Made by a program: the position numbers and the translations under genes
Notes under the pieces: generated by a model
What the model was told of the DNA's origin: nothing
Seen by the model: the letters and a program-made list of their open reading frames with translations, nothing else
Databases searched by the model: none
Part shown: piece after piece, positions 38,118 to 52,000 of the stretch
How positions within the stretch are numbered: position 1 is the stretch's first letter
How the letters are laid out: every line of letters begins with the position of its first letter
Origin: Lama glama
Lineage: Eukaryota
Assembly: GCA_028534125.1 (NCBI GenBank)
Contig: CM052816.1
Span: 76,758,001 to 76,822,000 of the forward strand
DNA: 64,000 nt
Reading direction: 5' to 3'

Positions 38118-41100
38118 TAAGGCTTAGGTAGAAGTTTTGATCAGTGTTTCCTAGTCTGGAGCACATTGGAATCGCCTGTTTAACCACCCACGGAGTTGCT
38201 GATTCAGCTGGACTGCCTGGGGTTCAGGTACTTTTTTCTTTTCAGCTCCCCAAATGATTCAAACATCCAAAGTGTGCTTTTAGTTATTCATTTACTGCTT
38301 AACCCATTTTGATGATCACTTATGCCAAATCTTACCCAATGTTTTGGAAACTCTAAGTGGAAATTGATAAACTTTTAGTAAATAGAGTTTAAAGTGAATT
38401 TAGTTTTTTTTCACATTGGGACCCTTTGCTTTATAGAACTCACTTTTTCCCCAAAATCCTATATGTTCTTTAAAATATTAATTCAATAAAAATTAACTTT
38501 TTTAATTAAAATTTTCAGAATTTAACTATATGCCTTTTAAAACCACTAGAGGAATTGTAAAATTAGAATTGAGAGTCACTGGCCTGTTGTCAGATTTGAA
38601 CTAAATAAACTGATAAGCCAACAATAAATTCAATCCTTATGTAAATCTTGGCAGAGATCAAAAAAAGTGGAGTCGAAATAAACATCAGCTGAATTTGATC
38701 TATGACAGACATTTAGTTGAAAGGATTCATGTGAAATCTAGTAAAAACATTTTTTTAATAGATAGACATTTGGGATGTTTAACCTATGTGAATACATTTT
38801 GATTTGTCAATGTATAGACATATTCCAAAAGAACTACTGGCAACTTTATTCATTACAATTTTGAAAGAAAAGTAGTTGAGTTTACTTTATCGCAAGAGGA
38901 CATTCACCCGAAAGAAGCTAATTTTATCACATGTACCCACAACTGCATGAGACAGCATTTCAGGGTTGGGTTGAATTTTTTTACTAGCAGAACAAGCTAT
39001 TCCAACACAGTAAGTCTGAGATGCACATTGTTTAAATTAGTTCCCTAAGAGGGTGGAGCTGGGGGTGGGGGAAGTTTCCAAACTATCTGTTGTTGATTAT
39101 CAAGCAAACAAAGAAAAGACTGTGAGGGTGGAATTGTTGTAACTTCTCATTTCTAAGACAGGCCCACCTGTAGCTACTGCGTGCACAAAGCATAGATGGT
39201 TTTAATACGCAATAGATGTAAAAGTTAGCCAACCTGAGCAAATACTGATTGAACTTGATATAAAGCAGGGCAAGGAAAGAGAGAGGAAGTCTCAGAAAGT
39301 AGACCAAATAAGAATGTCTTCGTGGCTAATGGGCTTGAAAAGCCAGATATAATTTCTGTACATCTTGACCCTTCCATGTCCCCATTTTTCTCACTGTTCT
39401 TCCCTTCCCCTGTCACTCCTATTTAATTTATAAGCCACCGAGACTCCCCCCCAAAAGTCTGCCAGCACCTTCCTGAGAAATGACACTACATCTACTCTTT
39501 GATCAATGAGAAACGTGGTTTCTCTCTTCTTTGAGTTCATTACAGGCAGGTAGTCAAGCCGTCAGAGGTGGGGAACTATTGCCTTCTTGGGCAAGTAACA
39601 TGCAAAAACTAAAAACATACCACATCTTTGCATTTTAATATCGGTGCTACTGTTTCCATTGTTAAGGTCTGTATCTAACTAAGAGGCTACAAATACTGCA
39701 TCCATAAATACTTTTAATTAAAGATTCTATTGAACAGTGTACTCTTTTAGTTATCCTAAGAAGTGTGTGCCTTTAAGTGTCCTAGACCCGCTTTGTCTAA
39801 AAAGGGAGCTGTGGTTAAAATGCCAGGCTCTTGGAACCATAGGCTGGGGCTGGAAGCCTTGCCCTGACTGTCAGTTCTGTTTTCTCAAGTTCCCTGGGTC
39901 CTTCTGCTCTTCCTTGTTGCCTCCCCACATGGAGCCAGGTCTGTCTCTGCTATTAGACCCACTGGATTATCTTACAGGAGATGCCCACTTTTTATGCAGC
40001 CTGCTTGGCTCCTGGAAACATTGAAGTTGGTGACCCCAGATCAGATAGGTTTTCCTTTCTGGCTTTTACATCCTATGAGTTGAATAAATTACACAGTTCT
40101 GGGTATACAGAAACAGGGTAAGCTTTCGTAAACTGCCTTCTGGTTAGGCAGCTGATTTGAGACATGTTTGGATTGGAAGCAGTGTTCAGATATGGAAAAT
40201 GAGATCAGACTTTAGTGCATAACAACCTGCTGGAAGGTTCTGGACTAGTGTGTGTATACAAAGGGACTTGGCGAGTGTTAAAATTTAATATCAAATAAGA
40301 TATTGGTATCTGCAGCTCACTTTGCGGTGCATCAGAAAACAAAGGCATGTGGGTAAATGCATAGATATGAAGCAAAAGGAAGAATAGCAAAATGCTAGCA
40401 ATAGTAGAATCTGAGGGGAATGTATTTTGGGTTCACTCTCAATTTCAACTTTTGGATATGCTTGCAATTTTTCATAATAAAAAGTGGGATGAAAAGTTTG
40501 TGTCAAATAGACTGGGCAGACGGAGCTGGGAATTTGAGTATAATACTCCATTTTCTATATTCTTAACCAGTGCGTTTATTTATACAGCTTCTGTTTATCC
40601 ACTGAGATATTGGCAAAAAATATTTTTCCCTCTAAATGTCTATAGCTTTGTCATTTCCCCTCATATAAAAATGGGATGCATGATGATGATGGATGTTTTC
40701 CAAAAATAGAGGAAAATGTAGAGAATGTAAAAATCCTACCATCTGAAGAAAAACAGTTAGCATTTTAGTATATTGTTCTAGACATATCACTAGAGAGAGT
40801 GTAAGAACTTCCGTGTGTGTCTCTTTTCACTATACTTTTGCTAAATCTCCATTTTCCGCTCTGCCCAGCCAGCTTTGACCCTACCTTTAATGCATGACTC
40901 CAACTTTCTTCCTTCAAGAAATATTCCACTTTTCCCTCTTGCCCCACTCTTAATCCCCCTTGACTGGCCAAGTCCTGTTTTCAGCAATTGTCTTGTCAAT
41001 CAATGCCTCAAAATTCTCATCAAGCACCTTTAGCATTCAAATGCATTTCCCCCTCTCCAACCCCTGAATTATTTTGCATTCCACCATGCTAACTTGCATA

Positions 41101-41789
41101 CCCCAAGATGCCAATGCATGTTTGCTATCAGACTCATAATTTTAAAATAGCCTAATCTGATCAAGGTAAACTGCCCTCCTGATTTAATTGGTAACTACAT
41201 AGTTTAAAACAAAGTTCACGCTTGAGACAGAAACGCCAGTCCATTTCTGCTAAATTATGGGAAACACAAAGATTATAACACAGAGTTCTTATTTCAGAAA
41301 ACATCATTTTATCTTGGATTTTGTCGTTGACATTTCCCAAGGATTCATAATGAGTGATTAGCACGGTCTGGGAGAAGCAGGGAAGGTTCGGGCTCCCTAG
41401 ATGGGTAACGGCAGTGTTTAAGGATATTTTTATTTCATGGAAATAAAACTAGATTTTGATTCTTTGAGAACAAAAGGAAGTATTCTTTACTCATATTTGA
41501 GAGTTATCTTAAATACATGTACTTCAAAGAGTTTCCATGAGTTCAGCTTTTTGCACTGTAAATTTTATAAATGATTTCCTCATTTTATAGAACTATCTTA
41601 CTCCCATTTAAATTTTTCAGGGACTCTCAAAGAATAAATTAATAGACGAGATTATCTGGGCAATAAAAAGTGTACTCTTCTTCAGGGCTAGAAAAATGGA
41701 TTGTTTCTTCCTCCTTCACTGTCTTGAACTCTATCAAGGTTTGAATCACTTTTCAGACTTTTTATTTGAGGGAAAAGGAATATTATAAC

Positions 41790-42005
41790 AATGGCTAACA
41801 TTTTACTCAGTCCTTCCTATAAGCCAGACGCTGTTGTGTTAATAAATATCAATTCATTAAATTCTCACCACCCTGGGAGATACTCTAATTTTACTCCATT
41901 TTATGGATAAGGAAACCAAAGAAGGCTAAATAATTAGCAACCACAAAGTAAGTGGTAGAACCAAGATCCAAACCCAGACTGGCCCCAGACCCTGTGCCTA
42001 AACCA
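41790..42005 (-). mobile_element. MIR SINE
   Basis: ccattttatggataaggaaacc...gtaagtggtagaaccaagatccaaacccag. Confidence 0.7.
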
Positions 42006-44699
42006 TTCCCTGGGCTGACTTTCTAGGCTACAAAGACGGGCACCATAGTAGCCTAGAGGTGGGGCGCGATGGGCATTTGCTGTCTCGTAAACTTGGTGTG
42101 AGTCTGTCTCTATCTCTCCAAGTGGCTATTACTAGGTTAGTATCCGATTACTAGTTAACGGTGCTAAATTGATGCTATTGAGCTTTTCTCTTAAGATCTA
42201 TGCTTTGATCTCTTATTAAAAAAATCAGAATGAATTTATGTTAGTTGATTTCCACTTGCTTGCCTGTTCTCTAGTGCACAGCAGAATTTTCTTCTTTTTG
42301 TGTCTTTTATTCAAAATACATTAAAGGAAATTTGAGAAGAAAAACAGTTCACTGTCATAGCTATTTCTCTTATATGACCTTTCAATCTTCATCTACAAAT
42401 ATATATATATTTATTTATAGGTTTTTTAAGATGTAATTTTCATAGCATTTATTTTTCACTTAAGGTCAATTCATAAACATTCTTCCACGTTGTGACCTGC
42501 TGTTTATAATTCTTTTAATGATTATAACACATTCCATGAAGTTAGATATTTTGGCTGCTGCTTGGATTTTTCCAATTAGAAAAATTGGCAATAAACATTT
42601 TCATATGTTTAATTGATGATTGTTTTCTTAATTTGGATGATTTCCTTGGAGTCCTAGAGGTGATTGAAAAATGAAATTTGTTATTATTTTATGGATATAT
42701 ACACTGATAGAATGAGAGTTTTCATTTTTCAGCTTAATTACTTAATTAATAAAACATTCAAGAGCCATTTTAAATAAACTTTATTTAATTACTGTTAAAT
42801 TGAACACTTTCAGTTACATTAGGATAATATTTGAATTACCTCTCACATGGGATGTATAGACGTGTGGGGGTGGAGAGATATCTATTGACATTTAATGATA
42901 ATCTCATATTTAAATTCTTAATTTAGAATATATTAAATTTTGACCTCATTTGTGCAATTATTTTTGCAAAGTGCACTTGCTTTCCATTTATTTTATCACT
43001 GTTGTCTGCTGTTGTGTGACAGGTTCTTATATGAGTTGGTCTTCTCTGTTGTAAACTCTTTAAAAGTCAGCACCTTTTGGGATAAACACTGTAGTTCATA
43101 CTCTGCTGATTTTTCTCCTTAATTCTATAGTCTATTTGGAATTTACTTTGACTTCTGAAAGGAGTTCAATGTGAAGTTAAAATGATGTCTATTTGGATAG
43201 TCTCCTCTCTCATTTTTATTGTTTTTAGATTATTATATATTATGGTTCTCTTTTGAACCATCTATGTCTTATTTTTATATCACCATATCTTTTCAATTAT
43301 TATTTTAGAACATATTCCAGTATCTAATAGGGCTAATCTCCCTCATCCCTTCCATCATTACCCCTCTTTTTCACAATAGTCGTCGATGTTTTTATCCATG
43401 TATTTTTCTAAGTAAAGTTTATAATTTTTAAGTTCTTCAGACACTATTGTTGCGATTCTAATTGTCACATCATCACTCTTTTAATAGTGTAGATGGTATC
43501 CAGGTTTCCTTTTTAGTATAGCTCTGTGTGAAGCTCAATTTACTTTCCATACTTCACACTTTAGAGATGTTCCCACCTACTCAGGTAGCCCGAGACAGTC
43601 TCAGGAGGACTTTTCAGGTCAGGGCAGAGTCTGGCCAAAGAGTGGAGAGCAGCCCCTGCAGAAGCACAGTCATCCCTCAGTAAAACTCTCGTGCTGGTTA
43701 ACACTGTAGCTCAGTCTGACCTAGTGAGCCAATTGGTCGCTGGGGATAAAGGAGCTCTTCCTTTTATTTTTGTTGTTATTATTATTGCTGTTGTGTTATT
43801 GTCATTCAACCTCACTTTTCCTTCACAGGGTTTAGAGAGGTAACTGTAGTTTGAAGTGTTCAGAAATGTATGTTCCTTAGATTTCCACGTTCTGCTAAAG
43901 TAATTCCTTCAGGAACAAATACCAATTCTTCTTCTCTCGTGAAATACTCTTAAAAGCCACAAGCATGTTTTTGTCAGTTTTTCCATATTTTAAGACAAAA
44001 TTTTAAACAACAAATCATTGCAAATTTTGAGTGAGTTATATTCATCCATTCGGAATGTAGAATATTTTCCTAATATAAACCTCTTCAAAGGTGGCTATAA
44101 ATAATCATTTGAAACTCCTCCATTGAAAGGGTGACTAATCCTTTGACCACTAAATTGTGAAATGGAACACTCCCAAATCATATGATTCTATCTTAAAGCT
44201 GTTACTGTTTAGTTTTTTTTTTTTTATTGAAGTGGCTTCAGGATAAAACATTTATATGCCTCCAGAGTGGTTATTGCATAAAACTCCAGGGTCCCTTGTG
44301 TTAAGTAATCCATACCCTAAAATCAGAATGCATTACATTTTAAGAGGTTATCCAGCCACTTTCCAACACTGACAGCATGAAGCTCATCCAAGAGGTTTGC
44401 AGAGATCACCTCATGAAAGACCGGATAAAAGCTCACCTAACCTTCACTCCGACAAATAGAATGATTGCTGGACCATATAATTTACAAAGGCAGATTCGAG
44501 GGACCCTAATTGTCTCCTGCTTTTAAGCAATCTTAACATGTAACATACACACCCAAAAAAAAACCCAAGGACATGAAAAGTCATAGCTATCACTCCACTT
44601 AAGTGTATTTTTAAAAAGGAGAGTCCTGATACTTTGGTAGTAATACATTTAGTTTTGTTTTATGAAATCTACTCTGGAAAACATTCCAAAAATGCCTTG

Positions 44700-45340
44700 C
44701 TATTGCCAAACTTAATGGAATCTTTTTAGTCTTCTCAATAGGACTTGAAAGCCTTCCCTTGACTTCTGTGACATCATCCTTCCCTGGTTTTCCTTCCTTT
44801 TCCTGTAACATCTCCTTCTCAGTTCCCTTTGAGCCCATGCCTTCCATTTTGTTAATACTCAAGGCACCATCGCTTGCCTCCCTCTCACTCTGCCTATCCT
44901 CCCTGGGTACTCTCTGTCACCCTTCAGGCTTCAGCTATGACCCTCTGCTAATGACTCACACATGTGGCATCTCAAATGCCACTTGACCCAAACTGAAGTC
45001 ATCATCCTTCCCCAAATTTGTTCTTCTTCCTATATATCGTATAACTTGGTGCAGCCAAGATAGGGTCACCACCATCTACCCAGTCACCCAAGCTTTATGT
45101 TGTTTTATATTCCTCCCTACCACCTGACTTAAAAGCACATCCACATTCCCTTGTCTCCAACCATATCCAACAGGCTTCATTCAGAATTCAGGCCCTTATC
45201 CTCTTTGAGCAGACTATTAGAGTCTTGCATCTCACGCTCCTTAAATCAATCTTTAGTCTCCTCCTAGAATGGTCTTTCTAAAGCACACATCTAATTATGC
45301 AGCTTTCTGGCTTCAAATCCTTCAGGGTGCTCCGAGTGGC
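44700..45340 (+). mobile_element. L2 LINE fragment
   Basis: ccttgacttctgtgacatc...ccctggttttccttcc...ggcatctcaaa...cccaaactgaa...accatctacccagtcacccaagc. Confidence 0.65.
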
Positions 45341-45346
45341 CTAGTG

Positions 45347-45566
45347 CAGGGGTCAGAAAATTGACTGTGGGCTGAATTCAGCCCACTGTCAGTTTTCACA
45401 AGTAAAGTATTACCAAAACATAGTCACACTCATTCATTTATGTGTTGTTTGTGGTTGATCTCAAGCTACAACAGAGAGTTGTATGGTTTCAGCAAGTACC
45501 ATGTGGTCCCAAGTGCCAAAAATATTTACAATCAGTCCCTTTACAGAAAAAGTTTGCTCATGCCTG
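45347..45566. mobile_element. MER58A-like hAT-Charlie element, opposite orientation to the 35962 copy
   Basis: cagggg...gcctg termini with a perfect 8-bp target-site duplication gcctagtg (45339, 45567). Confidence 0.9.
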
Positions 45567-45712
45567 GCCTAGTGGATAAAGTCTGAACTCTGTGGTATGA
45601 TGTGGAAGACCTCCATTCTTTGGCTGCAACCTCTACTTCCAGCTCACCCTTAGCTCTAGCCACACACTCCTTAAAACTCACGCTCTAGCAGTACTGTCTG
45701 CTTGCTGTTCCC

Positions 45713-45930
45713 CAGCACTGAACAACAGAAATTTCTGCCATGATGGAGATGCTATGTGCCTGCGCTGTCCGGGGTGATAGCCACTAGCCACTTGTGGCTA
45801 CTGAGTGCTTAAAATGTGACTAGAGAAACTAAAGAACTAAATTTTAAATTTTATTTTGTTTTAGTTTTGATTAACCTAAACCTAAACAAAGCCACGTGAC
45901 TAGTGGCTACCACATTGGCAATATCGTGCT
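45713..45930. mobile_element. MER3-like hAT-Charlie element
   Basis: tagccactagccacttgtggctactgagtgcttaaaatgtgactag...gccacgtgactagtggctacc. Confidence 0.85.
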
Positions 45931-46106
45931 AGACTACGTCACCGACACTATCTTTGTTCACTCTAAGGGGAATATTTAAAACATTTAGAATACCTTGTCC
46001 ACCTGGGAAGCAGTCACATTCCAACAGTTAACTTAAGGCTCACTTTTTCTAGGGAGGCTTTTCCGACTCCTAAGGCCTGGTCTCCCCACAAAGAACTGGG
46101 TATCCA

Positions 46107-46255
46107 GGGTGGGAGGGCGGGTACAGCTCAGGGGTAGAGCACACGCTTAGCACGCACGAAGTCCTGGGTTTAATGCTCAGCACCTCTGTTAACAAGCATG
46201 CCAGAGGTCCTGGGTACCTCTGTTAACAAAAAAAGAAAAAGAAAAAAGAAAATAG
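46107..46255 (+). mobile_element. tRNA-derived SINE (camelid-type) with internal duplication
   Basis: gggcgggtacagctcaggggtagagcacacgcttagc...; acctctgttaacaa occurs twice. Confidence 0.88.
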
Positions 46256-47464
46256 CCCCCAAAAAGGGGTGAGGGTGGAATTCAGTATCCTCACTGTGCC
46301 ATAGTATTCCCGGCATTACCAGGAATTTTTTTTTAACTCTGATCTCTCTCTGCCAACCAGAATAGCAGTTCCTGAATGCAGATCCTTGTCCAACTGGCAT
46401 CTGCTTTAAAAGCCCCTAATCCAGTGCCTGGTTTGTGCCAGAAACTTAATAGTGGTCTAATAGATTAATTCCACTTTCAAACTTCTTTTTCAATGTGCAA
46501 GTCTCTTTTCTTCACTTGTAGTCCTCTGAAAAATGAAGAATAACAGCTAAATGTCCTAGTAACCCCTCTCCCCCTGTCTCCCACCAGCAGACGTTGACTC
46601 CTCTCTGGGAAAAACAACTGATTACAGTCCCCTCAGCAACCTGATTGTGTCCACACATTTTAAAGTTCACTTTCATAATAGCATCTTTGAGACTTAGAGT
46701 CAGAAATGCCACATTCCTCTAAAAGTAATGAGGAATCCATGACCATTCTGCCAACCTACTTGTTTGACCTCTATGAAATTTGTTAATTCTGCCTTTTTTG
46801 AGAACACACTGGTTACTTGTAGCTTATGTCACCCCTTAGCTACTACGGCTAACTTGTTTTGTATTTAGTCACAGCAACTTTTACTATTGTCTAAATTAAG
46901 GACGACAGGAGACTCTAGAAGCTGAATGTGTTGTGTTGTGCACGTGGCACAAACAACAATCAGAGAAGCCAAAAAAAGTCAGTCGGTTTCTGAGAATGTT
47001 GGCGGATCCGCCCAGTCAGGTGGGTCTCAAAGCTCACAGCATTCGGGGTATCAAAGCAAAGCTTCCACATACTTCTTTTTTGAAGTTCCAACTTAAATAT
47101 TGACAGTTTTAGGAACTCCTTACTGCCTGTGTACAATGCAGAACTCTTTAAGATAAATCACTTCAAAACGCTTTACACTTTCTCAACACTGACATGTTCT
47201 AAATTGTTGCAGTTTAAAATCAGATGATTTTAATCCATCTCAAGTGGTTCTCTGGCTCTAATATCTTGTTTATACCCTAATATCTTACCTCTGTAGGATC
47301 AGGAATATAGAGGAAAAGGCAAAAATAATGAGTGATGAGGGCTCGATCAGATTCCGGCTTCTTTACCAGATCACATCTCTTTCCCCCTCCTACCAAGTAG
47401 TCAGTGTTCCGTACACAGGCTCCTGGAATCAGCTGTCTGATGGATTAGCACAATGGATGTAAAC

Positions 47465-47670
47465 AGTCTCCAGAGCCAGACACTCTGTTTGCAAGTCCAA
47501 GTTCTACCCTTTGCTACCTGCGTCACCTTGGACAAGCTGTCTCCCCCTCTGTAAAATGGGGGCAATGACAACCTCTCCCCTCCGGGTGCCGATGATCAAA
47601 TGAGCCAACAGTGCAGAAGCACCTAGTACTGAGCCTACCACAGAATAGGAGCTCACAGAATATTGGCCAT
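47465..47670 (+). mobile_element. MIR SINE
   Basis: ccagagccagac...caccttggacaag...ctctgtaaaatggggg. Confidence 0.65.
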
Positions 47671-48869
47671 TTTATTTGTCTTATTTAAAACGCTCAAACC
47701 TCAAATGTAAATGCTTTCACAACCTTCATTTAAAATCAGAAAGCTTTTGATTCCCTTCAAAACCGTTTTGAGGGGCTCCAGTTTCTTACTAAAAAAATAC
47801 CAATAGCATACTTTCTAATAATGCATAGAAGCATCCAGGGTTTCTTGGGCAATGTGGAAGAAGGAACAAGAAAAAGCAGGGAACTTGAATAGGAAGCTTT
47901 GAGTTTGGGAAAGTGGATGATTGTTGTGGAATGCCACCGGACTCCTGACCCACCCAGAGAGTGTCCGGAGAGTGGAGACTCCCTTAAATAGGAATAATTT
48001 TCCTCTTGTTACACATGAGCTACCAAAGAGGCTTGCTTTGACTTCCAAGCTGCTGGACCAAATCCCCAAAACCTCAGTAAAGGAAAACAGGCTCTCAGGA
48101 AAAACACTGGAAAGTGCACCCAGAGCTTAGAAAAGGAAATATTGCCAATTCAACTTTCACATGTTTATAAGTCCAAGCTTTTCCTGGCATATACTAGATA
48201 CTCAACAAATGTTTGGTAAATGACGTTTGCTAAAATTAACCATGGGGATGTTTATTTCCCCCATGTAATATATTAAAAGATAGTAAAAATCACAGTTGAC
48301 ATATTTTTAAAATGCCTATAAATATATTTCTCGGGTAAGAAATGTCCAGTGATATTAAGTTAATTATTAATAATTATTTAATATTAAATATTAAATGATA
48401 GTTTATAAAAGCAATGTTTTTATTCCTTTATTTTGGGAGAGTTTTCCTCTTAAATCATAGTTCATACCATTTGGGATACTGACCTAGAGACATGAAGCCA
48501 GTTTGTTGAATTGAGCCAAAATTAAGACCATTTAGCCCTTTTGAAACTAACTGATAACCTTAGAATAAGAGCTTAAGGCAAATAGAATATTGGACTCCAT
48601 TTGTAAATACAAACTCAAGATTTCATCATGTGTCAAAATTATGTGGGGATAAATTTTTCATGCATATGCTATGTAATGATGTTGAAAATATTATCAGTTG
48701 TGCAGAGCCAAATAAAAACACACAAAATAGAAAATCTTCTACATATTTCAAAAACCAGTGTCTGGGAACTATAATTCATTTTTGAAAGCCATCTTTCTGG
48801 GGCGCATTTAAACTTTAAGACTTACTTTGTCTAACTTTAAGACAACATAGGCCTTGTCCCACATTGACA

Positions 48870-49012
48870 CGACTCTATGAGGTAGGTACTATTCTCATCC
48901 TCATTCCCATTTTCAGATGAGGATATTGAGGCTCAGAGAAGTAACTTGGCTGAGCTCTCACAACTAATGTAGACCCAGGCCGTCTGGCTTGGAGGTCCAG
49001 GCTCTAAAGCTC
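48870..49012 (-). mobile_element. MIR SINE
   Basis: ctatgaggtaggtactatt...cccattttcagatgaggatattgaggctcagagaagt. Confidence 0.75.
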
Positions 49013-52000
49013 TGTTACTCTGCCTTGAATGGGGTGACAATGTCTCCATTCTGTCCCTTGTCCCACTACTCTGACCATCTTTTCCCTTCAGTTTATCTGA
49101 ATTCATAGCTTCTTTTTAATAACTGAATAATACTCCATTGTCTAGATATACTCCAGGTTGTCTACCCTTTTCTCTATCTGTGGACTTTGAACTTATATTT
49201 TTTTTACTACGAAAGCCACTTTCAACTCTCAGAACAATTGCCTGGGTGACCTAAGGGAGGACCCACGTGAAAGAGTGTGTGGACAGTATAACTTGGAGCT
49301 CTCGTGGGAGGATAAATTTTCATTTCCTCTCGGAAAGAGTTGTGTGATAGGCGCTCAGAGGGGTTAGGATATTCATGTGAAAAAATTGGCTAATCATTTG
49401 AAGTTACCATTATGATAAAAAAATGAAATTGGCAGGCAATAGTCCCAAGCTGATTTGTAATCCTATAATTATCTTTGTTGTATAATATATGCCCATGCAT
49501 TTGTTAGTTATCACACAAGGGAAAAGATAGTTCTTATACTTGGACTTTAAAAATTACAATTTCATGATTAAGGAGATACAGTGATGAACTCATCAGATGA
49601 CACTGTGTTTGGGGCCTCTCTTTGCCCCTGGAATCCCTTTCCCCTTGCCTTTAAGCTTCACCCCCTAATTTAGAGCCTTTCTTGTTTTTATCCCCTGGAC
49701 CACCCCAAGCAGAGGCACACTGCTTTTCTTTTTCTCCCTAGATTGGGCATGGACAAGGTAAGAAAGGAAGGGGGAAAAGCCATTTTCTCTGTCACCTTGG
49801 CACGCAGCGTTGCTTTGAAATTTCTAAAGAAGTAGAATACTTCTAGTAGAACTGAATGAAACAGCCCTCTCCAAGTCTTAGAGGTAGTTTTCTCTGAATA
49901 AAGATCTAGTCACTAATAACTCTGCTTGTCAAGCTGTCCAGAAGCCTGTCCCTCCTCATCCTGCCCAGACATCCCAATCCAAGAAGCCTCTTCTCTCAGG
50001 CGCCCCTAAATGCGACTTCCTGCTCTGCCCTCTCTTCTAAGGGGCTGTTGGGTCATGTGAGACAATAGTGAATTCTCAGCTAGAACCCATTCAGAAATTC
50101 ACAGGAATAACCCATCTAACTAACCATCATCTTATCCTCGCTTCTTTCTCAGAGAAACAAACCTGATAAATTATGTTCTCTATGTGCTCTGCCTCACCCA
50201 CCCACAGACGCACACACAAACACTGACAAATGTTCATTAACCTCTCCTTTACTAGTGTAGACATTTATAGTTATTATGACCATATGGCTCACTTTGAGTT
50301 GGGAAAACATTCCTTTGAAATTTAGAAAGACCCCCTTCAATTCATGCACACACATACACTTTTTAAAAAATTAACTCTGGATTTCAGCATTTGATGACTT
50401 TAAGAAAATTGTTGAAACAGGTTGAAAAGAAAAACCTCGGGCCCACCTAGGAGAGTGGGATTATTTCAACCAGAGTTGGGGAAAAAAACAACAGTGAATT
50501 GATTTAACACTTGCTGGATTATGAAACAACATGTAAGAGTTCAGAAGGCTCTTAGCAGCATATCCTCAGGATAACAGAAAACAGGGCGGGGGAGAGAGAA
50601 GAGGAGAAATACATCCAAGAGAGGAACATAATGCAAAATTCTTGGCCTGATAAAACCTTCCCTTTGGGCCTTAATGTAAATATACAAGAGAATTGCACTT
50701 TAAATTCTCTGAACGTGGTTATAAATAGGCGCCCTCTAGCAATTAAGTGTAGCAGGAACAATTCAGACAAGTCAAAATGATAAGGCTCCTTTCCAAAGCA
50801 CCTATTTTTCAAACACGGTAGTTTCTCACTGGGAAGTGTTCTGCATTTTATGCCACACTGGGAATGGCGCCCCCTAGGGTTGTGCAGGGCACATTCAACT
50901 CAACCTGTTCCTTGGCCTGCACAGAGCCACCCTTAAAAATGAGGAGATGAATGAATGAATGAATGAATGAATAAATAAATAACGTGGAGCCACACCCTCC
51001 TTGCTTAACCTGGACCTCATCTCCCTCCCTTCTTACCACCTCTCCACCACTCTTTGCGGAACAAGAGAAAAGGGGAAGTGGAAGAGAAGGAGGTGGAAGT
51101 CAATGGGAAATTGGAGGGAATGCACATAGCTCCAAAGCCCGGGAGTGAGCCTGAGGCTCATGTCCCCTTCTACCCCATCTCCCCCAACAAGTCTGGGAGA
51201 CCCCGGGGTGGTGACACTTCATTTAGAGTGCTCCATTTCCACCCAAGTCTCCACAATCAACCTGGGCTGACCAGTAAGGCATGGTGGCATGTGCAGAAAT
51301 CTTCAGCGCAATCCAACACACAGCAAAGTGGTTTTCACCTGTTAGAGAGGAAGTGGTTTGAAAGCTAAGCTAGTAAATAAACTTAAAGCCGCATTCTCAT
51401 ACCCTCCCACCTTTCCTATGCGCTTAAAAGAACTTTCTAAACTGTGCTACTTCATTTTCATTTGTTTAATTATTCTGGAGAAGCCACTAGATCCACTTTG
51501 TGCTGATCTGATGGAGGCTGTTGGAGAAATCACACACAGATGCTTAGAGGGCTGGAGAGTTCCTTTTTTTCCCTCCCTGCCCTGTGGTAACACTTCCGTG
51601 TTTGACACAGAGACTTCATTGTCCTCATCCAGCTTTCTCCTGACACAATAGCCACTCTTTATTGACCCTTCTTCAGTTGGCAGGTAGGCTGGTCCACAAA
51701 AGTAATGCAAACACACTGATCTTGGCTTAATTAAATATTGTCATTTTTTTCAAGTTAAAAGTGAATCATTTAAGACAGATCCAAAGGAAGAAGCGAAAAT
51801 GTCACTAGCAAAGGATACAGCATTCTCTTTTTCCTTTTCAGACTTTCTTAAAACTTATGTAAATGTATATATTACAGCTAGGCGGTGTCAAGTCCATTTG
51901 CATTGTTGGGTGTACTTGTTTATTTGTATCTTCTTAATTTAGCATCAACAAATCATTCTGAATCTTGATGGTATCCACCAACATTTTAGCTATTCCTCCC

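Noticed and set aside
42022..42057. 10-bp inverted repeat tctaggctac/gtagcctaga with a 16-nt loop
   Set aside because: Too short for a pre-miRNA and has no supporting context.
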